A stretch of 64,000 nucleotides of DNA. Source: a bacterium (GTDB lineage Bacteria > CLD3 > SB21). Made by a program: the position numbers and the translations under genes. Location: positions 186,001 to 250,000 of the forward strand of contig JABWCP010000004.1 in assembly GCA_013360215.1 (NCBI GenBank), read 5' to 3'. The notes beneath the pieces were generated by a model. That model saw nothing but the letters and a program-made list of their open reading frames with translations. It did no database searches and was not told where the DNA came from. Numbering within the stretch: the first letter of the stretch is position 1; every line of letters starts with the position of its first letter. Below, in pieces: positions 10,310 through 21,558 of the stretch.

Positions 10310-10931
10310 TATTCCATTTCGATTTTACGGTATTACCGATCGTAAACGTATGATCGAAAGTCTTTTTCTTTCGCATCTGGATCGTGCCGTCAAAGCAGGG
10401 TTGAGGGCGCTTCAGATTCGTGAAAAAGACTTATCGCCTCGCGCATTGTACGAACTTACGGACAAGATACGAACAATATCCGCGACGCGCCGTGTTCGTA
10501 TTTTTATCAATGACAGAGTAGATATCGCTATGGCGCTTGATTTGGACGGCGTTCATCTTTCGACTCAAAGCATGCCTACATATAATGTTAGAAAACTGGT
10601 CGGCCCGGATAAACTGATCGGTGTATCTACACACGATCTGCACGAAGCCATTCACGCGGAAAATGAGGGCGCCGATTTTATCGTGATCGGCCCCATCGGT
10701 GAAACGCGATCCAAGCCGAAAGGCCATGCGGTGCTAAGCGAAAAAGAATTCGAAATAATTCGCGAAGAGGTCAAAATTCCCATATTCGTTCTCGGCGGCG
10801 TACAAACAAATAATATCTCACATTGGCTACAAAAAGGTGCTCATGGAGCAGCGGGAATTTCACTTTTGATGGATGATGAAAATTTGGAAGAACGTTTTTC
10901 AAATTTGAAAAGCACGCTTGGCAGTTTATAA
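10299..10931 (+). CDS. thiE: Thiamine-phosphate synthase (ThiE/TenI family)
   Basis: QIREK, INDRVD, GVHL, IGVSTH and GP..ET.SK motifs. GTG start at 10299 inferred. Confidence 0.8.
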   Translation: MKNNIPFRFYGITDRKRMIESLFLSHLDRAVKAGLRALQIREKDLSPRALYELTDKIRTISATRRVRIFINDRVDIAMALDLDGVHLSTQSMPTYNVRKLVGPDKLIGVSTHDLHEAIHAENEGADFIVIGPIGETRSKPKGHAVLSEKEFEIIREEVKIPIFVLGGVQTNNISHWLQKGAHGAAGISLLMDDENLEERFSNLKSTLGSL

Positions 10932-10936
10932 ATCAA

Positions 10937-11542
10937 ATGAAAAAAACCGAAGCGATTATTTTTGCAGCCGGTCAGGCATCACGGTATGGTGATAATAAAT
11001 TACTATTACCCATCGGCGATGTACCGGCAATGATATACGCTATCCGCACATTACGCGCAGCCGGTGTTGATCGTGTTACTGTTATTACGGGCGCTTATCA
11101 CGATACGATAAAACAAACCTTAATCAGAGAGTTTGTTCGGATTTTTTTTAATCCTCGACACGTCGAAGGGATGAGTGCAACGATTCGCTTTTCAATTCAA
11201 CAAATAGATCAAAGTTCGGAATCCATTTTGTTCCTTCCCGGCGATGTACCTTTGTTTTCACGGCAAACGATCAAAGCCATGTTGCAACATGGTTTAACGC
11301 ATCGCATTGTAATACCCCGGTATCAGGGAAAAAAAGGGCATCCTGTTTTAGTGGATCGAAAAATTGCCGAGGAATGTCTGGAAACCGGTTTAGAAAAACC
11401 GCTTTACGAAGTGATTCAAAATCATCAAAACGAGGTTTTTTACCAAGACGGTGATGATCAAGGCGTTGTTTTGGACATTGATACGCGGGAAGACTACGAT
11501 ATCATCTTGAGTTATTTCAAAACAACTTATGTATCGTATTGA
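10937..11542 (+). CDS. Nucleotidyltransferase, MocA/MobA-like (NTP_transf_3)
   Basis: AAGQASRYG.NKLLL, GMS.TI, PGDVP, GHPV and DIDT.EDY motifs. Confidence 0.85.
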   Translation: MKKTEAIIFAAGQASRYGDNKLLLPIGDVPAMIYAIRTLRAAGVDRVTVITGAYHDTIKQTLIREFVRIFFNPRHVEGMSATIRFSIQQIDQSSESILFLPGDVPLFSRQTIKAMLQHGLTHRIVIPRYQGKKGHPVLVDRKIAEECLETGLEKPLYEVIQNHQNEVFYQDGDDQGVVLDIDTREDYDIILSYFKTTYVSY

Positions 11543-12122
11543 GAATTGGCTTTTGTAGTTTGAATGTGAGATACGAAGTGCCTACCCCGATAAGAGCGCC
11601 GGCTAAAACATCGCCCGGATAATGCATTCCCATCTTGATGCGGCTGTAGCCGACGACCCCCGCCCACGCATACGAAGGAACAATCACGTACCACTTGGGA
11701 TAAGCTAAAGAAAGAGACGTTGCAATATTGAACGCCGAACTGGTGTGTCCTGATGGAAAAGAAGCCGAGCGCTCGGTGCTTCCGACCGTATGGACATTGT
11801 TAAGCGCTTTGTATGGACGTTCACGGTTTATCGCAGCTTTCATGCTGTAGGTTATAGCCAGATTCGTCAGCGCGGATGTCGTCATCAGAATACCCGCATC
11901 ACGCATGTAAGTGTCTTTTCGCAAAAGCCCGGTTGCAACAAAACTGAGCGGAGTGACTATATAAATGGGTTTAACGGACCGGCTTTGAAATTCATAAAAA
12001 CGGTCCCAGCCGGGCGAATGATGTTTATTGATAGCCTTGAATAATCGTGCGTCAATATTTTGTGAATGCAGCGAAACCTGTAGCGATAAAACAAAACAAA
12101 AAAAACCGAGAATGATTCTCAT
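11517..12122 (-). CDS. PAP2-family phosphatase
   Basis: K-x6-RP (KAAINRERP), SFPSGH and SR-x5-H-x3-D (SRIKMGMHYPGD). Start 12122 overlaps the upstream stop (ATGA). Confidence 0.9.
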   Translation of the reverse strand: MRIILGFFCFVLSLQVSLHSQNIDARLFKAINKHHSPGWDRFYEFQSRSVKPIYIVTPLSFVATGLLRKDTYMRDAGILMTTSALTNLAITYSMKAAINRERPYKALNNVHTVGSTERSASFPSGHTSSAFNIATSLSLAYPKWYVIVPSYAWAGVVGYSRIKMGMHYPGDVLAGALIGVGTSYLTFKLQKPILNTIHKLF

Positions 12123-12517
12123 ATACCTTTTTTTAAGCATGCGATAAACTCCTTTGGCGGACGTACAGGTTTGTTTTGACGATCTGTAAATGCGTGGGTG
12201 GTAAAACCGCGTGCAACAGATTCGCTGTCACGATAACAGGTGTAAGCTATGGTTGTGCGAATACCTTCTTGCGACGCAATCCAGGCATCAATATGCACCG
12301 TATCGTCATAATGTACTGAACGCAAATAATCCACTTCGATACGAATCACGGGCATAAAAATACCTTCGGATTCTAATCGTTTGTAAGAGTAGCCAAGTTC
12401 ACGGATGAGTTCAGTACGCCCGACTTCCATCCATGGCAAATAACTGCCATGATAAGCGACGCGCATGCTATCGGTTTCCGCGTAGCGAACGCGGACAGTG
12501 GTTCGTGTGATTTTCAA
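12119..12517 (-). CDS. Acyl-CoA thioesterase (YbgC/FadM hot-dog family)
   Basis: VRVRYAETD.M.VAYH..Y..W.E.GRTE motif. Confidence 0.9.
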   Translation of the reverse strand: MKITRTTVRVRYAETDSMRVAYHGSYLPWMEVGRTELIRELGYSYKRLESEGIFMPVIRIEVDYLRSVHYDDTVHIDAWIASQEGIRTTIAYTCYRDSESVARGFTTHAFTDRQNKPVRPPKEFIACLKKGI

Positions 12518-12532
12518 ATGATCAACATAATT

Positions 12533-13489
12533 TTAGGCACTCATCTCGCCCCAGCGACCCATTTTGGAATATTTTTCCATACGCTGATCAAGTAATTGCT
12601 CAACAGAAAGTTTTTCCAATTCGGCAAAATTATGCATTACAGCTTCTTTAAGATATTGTGCCGCAAGATCATAGTTTCGATTAGCGCCGCCAACCGGTTC
12701 TTGTATTTTGTCGTCAACGACATCAAATCGGATGAGATCATCTGCTGTAAGCTTGAGTTCGGATGCGGCTCTTTCTTTATATTCCCATGTGCGCCATAAA
12801 ATGCTGGAACAGGATTCCGGAGCGATGACGGAGTACCATGTGTTTTCCATCATGAGAATTTTGTCGCCGACACCGATACCCAATGCGCCTCCGGAAGCGC
12901 CTTCACCGATAACTACACAAATGATCGGTACGGGGAGGCGTGACATTTCCAAAAGATTGCGTGCGATGGCTTCCGCCTGCCCGCGTTCCTCGGCTTCGAT
13001 GCCGGGATACGCACCGGGCGTATCGATCAGGGTAAGAATCGGTCGTTTAAATTTGGCGGCCATGTGCATCAGGCGCATGGCTTTACGATAACCTTCGGGA
13101 TTGGGCATACCAAAATTGCGATAAACATGGCTTTTGGTGTCTTTTCCTTTTTGCTGTCCGATGATCATAACTTCTTTTCCGTCAATGCGTCCTATTCCGC
13201 TGACGATCGCATGGTCATCTCCGAAAAGGCGGTCCCCGTGCAATTCCATAAACCCGTCGGATATACGTTCGATATAGTCGAGGGATCGCGGGCGCTCGGG
13301 ATGACGCGCCAGTTGCACTTTCTGCCAAGGCGTGAGGTTGGCGTAAATCTCTTTACGCATCGCTTCAAGTTTATTTTGCAGCGCTTCGATTTCCGGTGTT
13401 ATGTCCACATTGGCATGGGCCGACTTCATGTCGGCGATCTGCGCTTCGAGATCAAAGATGGGTTTTTCAAAATCCAATATTACAGGCAC
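12533..13489 (-). CDS. accA: Acetyl-CoA carboxylase carboxyltransferase subunit alpha
   Basis: [56 protein letters not shown]. Confidence 0.98.
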   Translation of the reverse strand: MPVILDFEKPIFDLEAQIADMKSAHANVDITPEIEALQNKLEAMRKEIYANLTPWQKVQLARHPERPRSLDYIERISDGFMELHGDRLFGDDHAIVSGIGRIDGKEVMIIGQQKGKDTKSHVYRNFGMPNPEGYRKAMRLMHMAAKFKRPILTLIDTPGAYPGIEAEERGQAEAIARNLLEMSRLPVPIICVVIGEGASGGALGIGVGDKILMMENTWYSVIAPESCSSILWRTWEYKERAASELKLTADDLIRFDVVDDKIQEPVGGANRNYDLAAQYLKEAVMHNFAELEKLSVEQLLDQRMEKYSKMGRWGEMSA

Positions 13490-13553
13490 GTTGATTCTCC
13501 TCCTGATTCACAAAAAAAATTTGCATACGACTGTACGCAAACCGTCAAACGGG

Positions 13554-14285
13554 CTATATCTTACCAAAAAAGTGTTTTATTCGCAATTTCCAAACGAGCA
13601 ATAAACCTTCGCGAATAATGTTGGTGGACATCTTGGAATATCCGACGGTGCGGTCGTAAAAAATGATGGGTGTTTCTATGATTCTAAATTTTTTTAACCA
13701 TGTTCGATAATTCATTTCGATTTGAAACGAATAACCGCTGGCACTGACTTTGGTCAAATCCATCGAAGATAGCACCGAGCGACGGAAGCATTTATAACCT
13801 GCAGTAGCATCCATGATCGGCATACCGGTAACCATACGCGCATACATATTACCAAAATAACTGATGAGCAAGCGCTTAAGCGGCCAGTTGATTACATTTA
13901 CACCGTTTATATAGCGTGAACCGATCACCAGATCATTATCGCGAATAAGACGGAACATATCTTTCAGGTAACTTGGATCATGCGAAAGATCAGCATCCAT
14001 TTCGAGAATGTACTCATACCCGCGTTCCAAAGCCCAAGAGAACCCTGCCACGTAAGCTTTACCGAGACCTTGTTTACCCGGACGAGATAAAAGATGTACC
14101 CGTGTATCGTTTTTTTGTATAGCTTGGACGCGATCCGCCGTCCCATCGGGCGAACTGTCGTCCACGACTAATATCTCCGGTGCGACCTGATACTCTGAAA
14201 AATCCAATGCAAAAATGCGTTGGATTAAAACAGGGATGTTTTCTGCTTCGTTGTATGTGGGAACAACGATCAGCGCACGCGTCAT
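13554..14285 (-). CDS. Polyprenol monophosphomannose synthase (DPM1/Ppm1-like GT2)
   Basis: PTYNEAENI, VDD.SPDGT, GLG.AY, EMDADLSHDP, GSRY and GYSFQIE motifs. Confidence 0.9.
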   Translation of the reverse strand: MTRALIVVPTYNEAENIPVLIQRIFALDFSEYQVAPEILVVDDSSPDGTADRVQAIQKNDTRVHLLSRPGKQGLGKAYVAGFSWALERGYEYILEMDADLSHDPSYLKDMFRLIRDNDLVIGSRYINGVNVINWPLKRLLISYFGNMYARMVTGMPIMDATAGYKCFRRSVLSSMDLTKVSASGYSFQIEMNYRTWLKKFRIIETPIIFYDRTVGYSKMSTNIIREGLLLVWKLRIKHFFGKI

Positions 14286-14295
14286 AGATTGTTCC

Positions 14296-14763
14296 TTATA
14301 TAAAGCGGCAACCGTTTTGTTTGTATAGTTTAAGACGATCCATCAGGTGATTGTCCGAGAATGCCAAAAACTGCGCCGCCAAAATAGCGGCATTTTTGCC
14401 GCCGGTAGGGTACGATGAAACGACTGCAACCGGCGCTCCTTCCGGCATTTCGACAGATGTGATAATGGCCTCCCGATCGACGAAACCTTCTTTGCCGATG
14501 GGAATGGCAATCACCGGAAGATGCGTGTAAGCCGCGATCATAGCTGCCAGTTTGGATTGAAGGCTGCTGGTTGCGATAAAAATTTTTATGCCTCGCTCCG
14601 GAGCTTTCTGCATAAACTCCTGCAGCTCTGGCGGATCCAGTAATGGCGTGAAAACTTTGACTTCACAATGCAATCCAAAACGATCCAAAGTTTCTTTGCA
14701 GCCTTTGATGTATTCCGATTCCTGTGTCGAATGAATAATAATAGCTATTTCGGTTAGATTCAT
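14296..14763 (-). CDS. PurE/AIR-carboxylase-fold protein with degenerate active site
   Basis: The C-terminal half matches PurE (T.LPVIAIP, EMPEG.PVA, NAAILAAQ.L), but the GSxSD, SAHR and GAGxAAHLPG motifs are replaced. Confidence 0.75.
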   Translation of the reverse strand: MNLTEIAIIIHSTQESEYIKGCKETLDRFGLHCEVKVFTPLLDPPELQEFMQKAPERGIKIFIATSSLQSKLAAMIAAYTHLPVIAIPIGKEGFVDREAIITSVEMPEGAPVAVVSSYPTGGKNAAILAAQFLAFSDNHLMDRLKLYKQNGCRFI

Positions 14764-14911
14764 AACTCATCGGTTTGGATAAACTTAAGGCAAAAATTAA
14801 CATACCCTACGTAAACTACAATACAAAAGTTTTAAGACATCATTATATGCTTTTGTTTGAACATGGTTGGTTATATAACTATAGTTAAAACTAATTTTTT
14901 ATAAAATAACC

Positions 14912-14936
14912 GGAACTTTATGTATATCTTTTCGTA
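14912..14936 (+). promoter_or_regulatory. Putative ECF-sigma promoter (GGAAC-N16-CGTA)
   Basis: GGAAC 14912-14916, 16-nt spacer, CGTA 14933-14936; about 60 nt upstream of the M3 peptidase start. Confidence 0.55.
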
Positions 14937-14996
14937 TGACCGGTACCCGATATCATCGGAATCTATTCTTATTTTAAATATACCATAGGAGTAACC

Positions 14997-17063
14997 ATGA
15001 AACGAAACCTTTTAATGTTGGCGTTTGTCATTGTGACGGCATCGCTTAGTGCCGGTGAACCCAATGTCAATCCGCTGATGGCCGGATTTAATCAAAACAT
15101 TGACTTCAATGTTTTGACCCCGGAACACATCAAAACCTCATCCGAGACCATCATTGAAAAATCGAAAACGACGTTATCGGGCATTTTTTCCATTCCCAAA
15201 GAAAAACGCTCGTTTGACAACACCATGCTCGCTATTGATAATATGTACAACGACTACGGCAAGGTTTCGTACAATATCTATCTTATGGCCAATGCCCACC
15301 CGGATAAAGCAACGCGCGAACAAGCTTTAGCCAGCCTTAGCGTATTGGATAAATTTGACAATGAAATTTCGTTGGATGAAAATTTATACCGCGCAGTGAA
15401 AGAATATGCCGAAAGCCCAGAGGCCAAAAAACTCCAAGGATTTAAAAAGAAATATCTTGAAGAAACGCTTCGCGATTTCGAACGAAACGGTTTTGCTTTA
15501 TCCAAAGAAAAAAGAGATCAACTGAAAACCATGCAGGATCGTCTTTCCGATCTGGGTATCGCTTTCAATCGTAATATTGCGGAATCTGCGGATACGCTTT
15601 TTGTAAGCGAAGAAGAAATGAAAGGTTTGCCGGATGATTATAAGAGCGCACGTAAAATGTCCGACGGGCGCTATAGGATAGATATGACCTATCCTTCGTA
15701 TGTGCCTTTTATGAAGTATAGCCAATCCGAATCGGCACGTAAAGCATTGTATGTCAAATATAATAACCGCTCTGTTGATAAAAACCTTCAAGTGCTTCGT
15801 GATCTGGTTGGCCAGCGGCAAGAGATGGCTGCGCTTCTGGGTTATAAAACGTACGGACAATATCGCGTCGAAGACCGTATGGCAAAAAAACCTGAAAATG
15901 TTTGGAATTTTGAAAGCGCATTGATTGATAAGGTAAAAGAAAAAGCGCGCCGTGACTATGATGAATTATTAGCGGTAAAGCGCAATTATCTCAAAGACGC
16001 TTCCGCGTCTGTTATCAATCCCTGGGAATCGAGTTTTTACAACGGTATTCTGATGCGTGAGAAATACAGCGTTGACGACGAAAAGATCAAAGAATATTTT
16101 GAACTGAACAACGTTACCGAGGGTTTGTTTAAAATATCGCAAAAACTTTTTGATGTGGAGTTTTCAGAAATAAAAAACCCGTCGGTTTGGCACAGTGATG
16201 TGCGCATGTTTGAGGTGCGAAAAAAAGGTAAAGTAATAGCACATTTTTATTTTGATCTTTTTCCGCGGCCTAATAAATACGGTCACGCCGCATGCTTTGG
16301 CATGGTTAAAGGTAAATTAACCCCCAATGGTTACCAACTTCCGGCGGCGACTTTGGAATGTAATTTTCCTGCACCGAGCGGCGATCGCCCATCGCTGATG
16401 TACCACTCGGCCGGTAGCGCTTCAGTTGAAACGTTCTTCCATGAATTCGGACATGTCCTCCACAACATATTGACAACTTCGGAATTGTATTCACAATCCG
16501 GTACGGCCGTACCGCGTGACTTTGTAGAAGCGCCTTCGCAGATTTTTGAAAACTGGGTGTGGAATTATGATGTAGTAAAAATGTTTGCCAAACATTACAA
16601 AACCGGCGAAGTATTGCCCAAAGCGATGTTCGATAAAATGGTCGCCGCCAAAAATGTCGGTTCCGGCATCGGTGCATTACAACAGGTTTTTTATGGTATG
16701 GTAGATTTTACGTTGCATGACAAATGGAATCCTAAAGGTGCCGAAACATCTACGGATATCGTGAAGCGTTTGCAAAACGAAATCACTCTTTTTCCTTACC
16801 TCGAAGGGACTAATTTTCAAGCTTCATTTGGCCATCTCAATGGGTACGGTGCCGGTTATTACGGATATCTTTGGTCAGAAGTATATGCCGCTGATATGTT
16901 CTCCGTTTTTGAAAAAAATGGCGTAATGGATCAAAAAACCGGCTTACGTTACAGAGATATTATTCTGGCACGTGGCGGTTCGGAGGATCCGTATGCGTTG
17001 GTAAAAGAATTTTTGGGACGTGAACCGAATCAGGAAGCATTTCTGAAATCACTGGGTTTATAA
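14997..17063 (+). CDS. Exported M3A family metallo-oligopeptidase (thimet oligopeptidase-like)
   Basis: Signal peptide; FFHEFGH zinc motif; RDFVEAPSQIFENW; GY.AGYYGYLWS; RBS ggag. Confidence 0.93.
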   Translation: MKRNLLMLAFVIVTASLSAGEPNVNPLMAGFNQNIDFNVLTPEHIKTSSETIIEKSKTTLSGIFSIPKEKRSFDNTMLAIDNMYNDYGKVSYNIYLMANAHPDKATREQALASLSVLDKFDNEISLDENLYRAVKEYAESPEAKKLQGFKKKYLEETLRDFERNGFALSKEKRDQLKTMQDRLSDLGIAFNRNIAESADTLFVSEEEMKGLPDDYKSARKMSDGRYRIDMTYPSYVPFMKYSQSESARKALYVKYNNRSVDKNLQVLRDLVGQRQEMAALLGYKTYGQYRVEDRMAKKPENVWNFESALIDKVKEKARRDYDELLAVKRNYLKDASASVINPWESSFYNGILMREKYSVDDEKIKEYFELNNVTEGLFKISQKLFDVEFSEIKNPSVWHSDVRMFEVRKKGKVIAHFYFDLFPRPNKYGHAACFGMVKGKLTPNGYQLPAATLECNFPAPSGDRPSLMYHSAGSASVETFFHEFGHVLHNILTTSELYSQSGTAVPRDFVEAPSQIFENWVWNYDVVKMFAKHYKTGEVLPKAMFDKMVAAKNVGSGIGALQQVFYGMVDFTLHDKWNPKGAETSTDIVKRLQNEITLFPYLEGTNFQASFGHLNGYGAGYYGYLWSEVYAADMFSVFEKNGVMDQKTGLRYRDIILARGGSEDPYALVKEFLGREPNQEAFLKSLGL

Positions 17064-17095
17064 ATAATAAATAGCACATCTGCCCTACAAGGGAG

Positions 17096-17140
17096 GGTTA
17101 CCCGTTAAGACACAAAAGGTCTTTTCGGGTAACCATTTTT
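17096..17140 (+). terminator. Probable intrinsic terminator
   Basis: Outer stem ggttacccg...cgggtaacc, inner stem aagac/gtctt, then attttt. Confidence 0.6.
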
Positions 17141-17173
17141 ATTTTTATCAACTTACCTGTTGGGAAATATCTG

Positions 17174-17202
17174 TTGCACTTTATTAGCAAAATTCTTAAA
17201 AT
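17174..17202 (+). promoter_or_regulatory. sigma70-type promoter of the nuo operon
   Basis: TTGCAC-17 nt-TAAAAT, about 70 nt upstream of nuoA. Confidence 0.6.
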
Positions 17203-17274
17203 TGTCCGCTTTTTAAAATGTTGCTTTCCAAAAATTTGACTTAAAAATAGAGCTTTTTCAGCACGAGGTTTCCC

Positions 17275-17667
17275 ATGCTCTTCATCCTCCAGGACGGGCC
17301 CGTCTATCTCAATTATCTTCCGGTTCTTGTACTTATGGCGTTGGCTATTATTATCCCGATTGCCATATTGATACTATCCCGGCTTCTCGGTCCCTACAAG
17401 CCTAATGAACGAAAACTTTCGGTTTATGAATCCGGTATGCCGCCTGTCGGGGATGCCCACCCTAAGTTTTCAGTGAAGTTTTATCTTATCGCCATGCTTT
17501 TTATCCTTTTTGATATAGAAATTGTTTTTATGTATCCGTGGGCCGTGATTTACAACAAGTGGGTGTCGGTAAGTACTTTTATTCTCATCGAAGGATTGGT
17601 TTTTATCGGTATTCTGCTTGTAGGTTATGCGTATGCGTGGAAAAAAGGCGCACTGGAGTGGGAATAA
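17275..17667 (+). CDS. nuoA: NADH-quinone oxidoreductase subunit A
   Basis: YESGM.P.G, KFYLIAMLFILFDIE, WKKGALEWE. Confidence 0.96.
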   Translation: MLFILQDGPVYLNYLPVLVLMALAIIIPIAILILSRLLGPYKPNERKLSVYESGMPPVGDAHPKFSVKFYLIAMLFILFDIEIVFMYPWAVIYNKWVSVSTFILIEGLVFIGILLVGYAYAWKKGALEWE

Positions 17668-17708
17668 AACTCCTGAATTAGATAACATCAATCGCACTGA
17701 GAAATATT

Positions 17709-18230
17709 ATGCCTAACAACGAAAAAAATATTTTGGAAAACAACCCGACGCTGGATGCGGTTAAATCCAAGTTCGGCGAGTCATTACTCAAGTCGGAAGT
17801 GTTTCGTAATGAACTCACTCTGTACATCAAACGCGAATCCGTAGCTGAAATCATGGCATTTCTTAAAAACGATTCCGCTCTGGCGTATGATATGCTTAAT
17901 GATGTGACCGTCGTGGACGGATTGATCATGGAAAAAAATCCACGCTTTCAGGTTGTTTATCATTTACGTTCGACCCAATACAATCGCCGCCTTCGCGTCA
18001 AAGCGCCGGTGCCGGAAAACGATTGCAAAATCGCCACGGTATCCCATCTTTGGAAATTAGCCGATTGGGCCGAACGTGAAGCATATGAAATGTACGGCGT
18101 CACTTTCGAAGGACATTCCGATCTGCGTCGTCTTTTGACACCTGCTTCGTTTACAAATTTTCCTTTGCGCAAAGACTATCCCTTACGCGGCAAAGGCGAG
18201 CGCGATGTGATCCTGCCCGAAGGCAGCTAG
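17709..18230 (+). CDS. nuoC: NADH-quinone oxidoreductase subunit C
   Basis: RFQVVYHL, ADWAEREAYEMYGV.FEGH.DLRRLL, PLRKDYPL. Confidence 0.96.
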   Translation: MPNNEKNILENNPTLDAVKSKFGESLLKSEVFRNELTLYIKRESVAEIMAFLKNDSALAYDMLNDVTVVDGLIMEKNPRFQVVYHLRSTQYNRRLRVKAPVPENDCKIATVSHLWKLADWAEREAYEMYGVTFEGHSDLRRLLTPASFTNFPLRKDYPLRGKGERDVILPEGS

Positions 18231-18281
18231 TTTTTTGAATTTATTTTGAAATTTTTCCATAGAGGCGTTGGAAAGGTAAGT

Positions 18282-19589
18282 ATGGAAATAGATCGTTCAG
18301 AAGTTGTTGAGGATTTTAAAGATCAATCCTCAGAAGAAACTCTAAAAAAAGCTAAAGAAGCGTATAAAAAGCACGTTAAGATCGGTGATGATGACGAATC
18401 ATTATCACTTCCCGGCGCACAGCTTCTTACGCTCAATTTCGGTCCGCAGCATCCGGCTACACACGGCACACTGCGTATGGTCATGCAATTGGACGGCGAA
18501 ACCATCGTCAATCTGGATCCGAGCCCCGGTTATTTGCACACCGGTTTTGAAAAACTGGCAGAGCATCATACGTTCAATCAGTTCATTGCGGTCACGGATC
18601 GTATGAACTACCTCTCGCCGATGTCCAATAATATCGGTTTTGCGCAAGCTGCCGAAAAACTTCTCGGTATCACCTTGACGGAGCGGGCGCAATACATTCG
18701 CATGATACAGGGCGAACTTTCCCGCATCGCCGATCACTTGGTCAATATCGGTACGCACGCACTTGATCTAGGTGCGTTTACCGTATTTCTTTATACGTTT
18801 CGCCAACGTGAATTTATCTACGATCTGTTTGAAGAGTCCACGGGTTCACGACTTACCACCAGTTATACGCGTATCGGCGGTGTCGTGCGTGATTTTCCCG
18901 AAGACCATCCGCGTCATATCGCACAGTGGTGTAAACAGTTTAAAGCAACGTGTACGGATCAAGTGGAAGGATTGCTCAATCACAATAAGATTTTTCTGGA
19001 TCGTACGCAAAATGTCGGGAAAATTTCCGCTGAAGACGCGATTAATTGCGGTATGACAGGGCCTTGTTTACGTGCCAGCGGCGTTGCGACAGATATCCGA
19101 AAAGATGAGCCGTATCTCAAATACGATGAAGTGGATTTTGATGTGCCGATCGGAACGGAAGGTGATGTGTACGAACGCTACCTCGTGCGCATGGAAGAAA
19201 TGAAGCAGTCTATTCGTATCATCGAACAATGTTTGGAACGCATGAAACCCGGCCCGGTAAAAGTAGCGGATCATACCATCGCATTACCTGATAAAAATAA
19301 AGTATACGGTTCCATCGAAGGACTGATTCATCACTTCAAATTGATCATGGATCAACATGGCATTGCGATGCCTAAGGGCGAAATATACGATGCGACCGAA
19401 GCGCCCAATGGCGAATTGGGTTGGTACATCGTAAGTAACGGCGAAGGAACGCCGTACAAAGTGCACGTGCGTGCACCTTCTTTTATTCACTTTGGTATGA
19501 TGTCCCACATGGCCAAAGGCGGATTGATCGGTGATGCCGTGGCTATTTTGGGCAGTATGAATGTTATCGCCGGCGAATGTGATCGGTAA
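18282..19589 (+). CDS. nuoD: NADH-quinone oxidoreductase subunit D
   Basis: NFGPQHPATHGTLR, GYLHTGFEK, DRMNY, EAPNGELG, GECDR. ATG at 18282 follows aaaggtaag. Confidence 0.97.
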   Translation: MEIDRSEVVEDFKDQSSEETLKKAKEAYKKHVKIGDDDESLSLPGAQLLTLNFGPQHPATHGTLRMVMQLDGETIVNLDPSPGYLHTGFEKLAEHHTFNQFIAVTDRMNYLSPMSNNIGFAQAAEKLLGITLTERAQYIRMIQGELSRIADHLVNIGTHALDLGAFTVFLYTFRQREFIYDLFEESTGSRLTTSYTRIGGVVRDFPEDHPRHIAQWCKQFKATCTDQVEGLLNHNKIFLDRTQNVGKISAEDAINCGMTGPCLRASGVATDIRKDEPYLKYDEVDFDVPIGTEGDVYERYLVRMEEMKQSIRIIEQCLERMKPGPVKVADHTIALPDKNKVYGSIEGLIHHFKLIMDQHGIAMPKGEIYDATEAPNGELGWYIVSNGEGTPYKVHVRAPSFIHFGMMSHMAKGGLIGDAVAILGSMNVIAGECDR

Positions 19590-19676
19590 AAAGATTTCAG
19601 TTTGATATAAAGTGTGCACACGGATATTGCACACTTGAACAAAACGGATACGGATTTAACCAAACGAATTTGGATT

Positions 19677-20153
19677 ATGACGTTAGAATTTTCCCCGGAA
19701 AATAAAAAAGAAGTGGAATGGCTGATTTCCCGCTATCCCACCAAACAAGCGGCGACTCTTCCGGTGCTGCATGTCGCCCAACAACAATTCGGCTGGATTT
19801 CCCATGATGTGATGAACCTCGTGGCAAAGACGCTGGATGAACCGGTATCGCGTGTCGAAGACGTGGTGACGTTTTATACCATGTTTCACCAGCACGAAGT
19901 CGGTAAATATCATTTTCAGGTATGCCATACTCTAGGCTGTGCGATCAACGGTGCCAGCCAAGTGGTGGACTATTTGGAGAAAAAATGCGGCGTAAAATGC
20001 GGCGAAGGGCGTTCGGCCGATGGAAAATTTTCCATCGTAAAAGTCGAATGTCTCGGTTCGTGTGGTACAGCGCCGATGTTACAACTCAACGATGATTATC
20101 ATGAAAACCTAACGAAAGAAAAAATAGACGCGCTGATAACAGCCTGTAAATAA
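19677..20153 (+). CDS. nuoE: NADH-quinone oxidoreductase subunit E
   Basis: VTFYTMF; CHTLGC...ECLGSC [2Fe-2S] ligands. Confidence 0.96.
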   Translation: MTLEFSPENKKEVEWLISRYPTKQAATLPVLHVAQQQFGWISHDVMNLVAKTLDEPVSRVEDVVTFYTMFHQHEVGKYHFQVCHTLGCAINGASQVVDYLEKKCGVKCGEGRSADGKFSIVKVECLGSCGTAPMLQLNDDYHENLTKEKIDALITACK

Positions 20154-20238
20154 GCCATCCCAACGAGAGTAGAGCGCGTTTACGAATTTCATAGTATAAA
20201 GATGTGCTGCCTTCGGGTAGTGTAAAAGGATATCGTTC

Positions 20239-21540
<1,302 letters not shown>

Positions 21541-21558
21541 AAAACTGCGAATAAAGCC

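Noticed and set aside
14876-14887. Palindrome taactatagtta between the purE-like and M3 peptidase genes
   Set aside because: It is an AT-rich palindrome in an AT-rich spacer, with no second copy seen and no regulator assignable.
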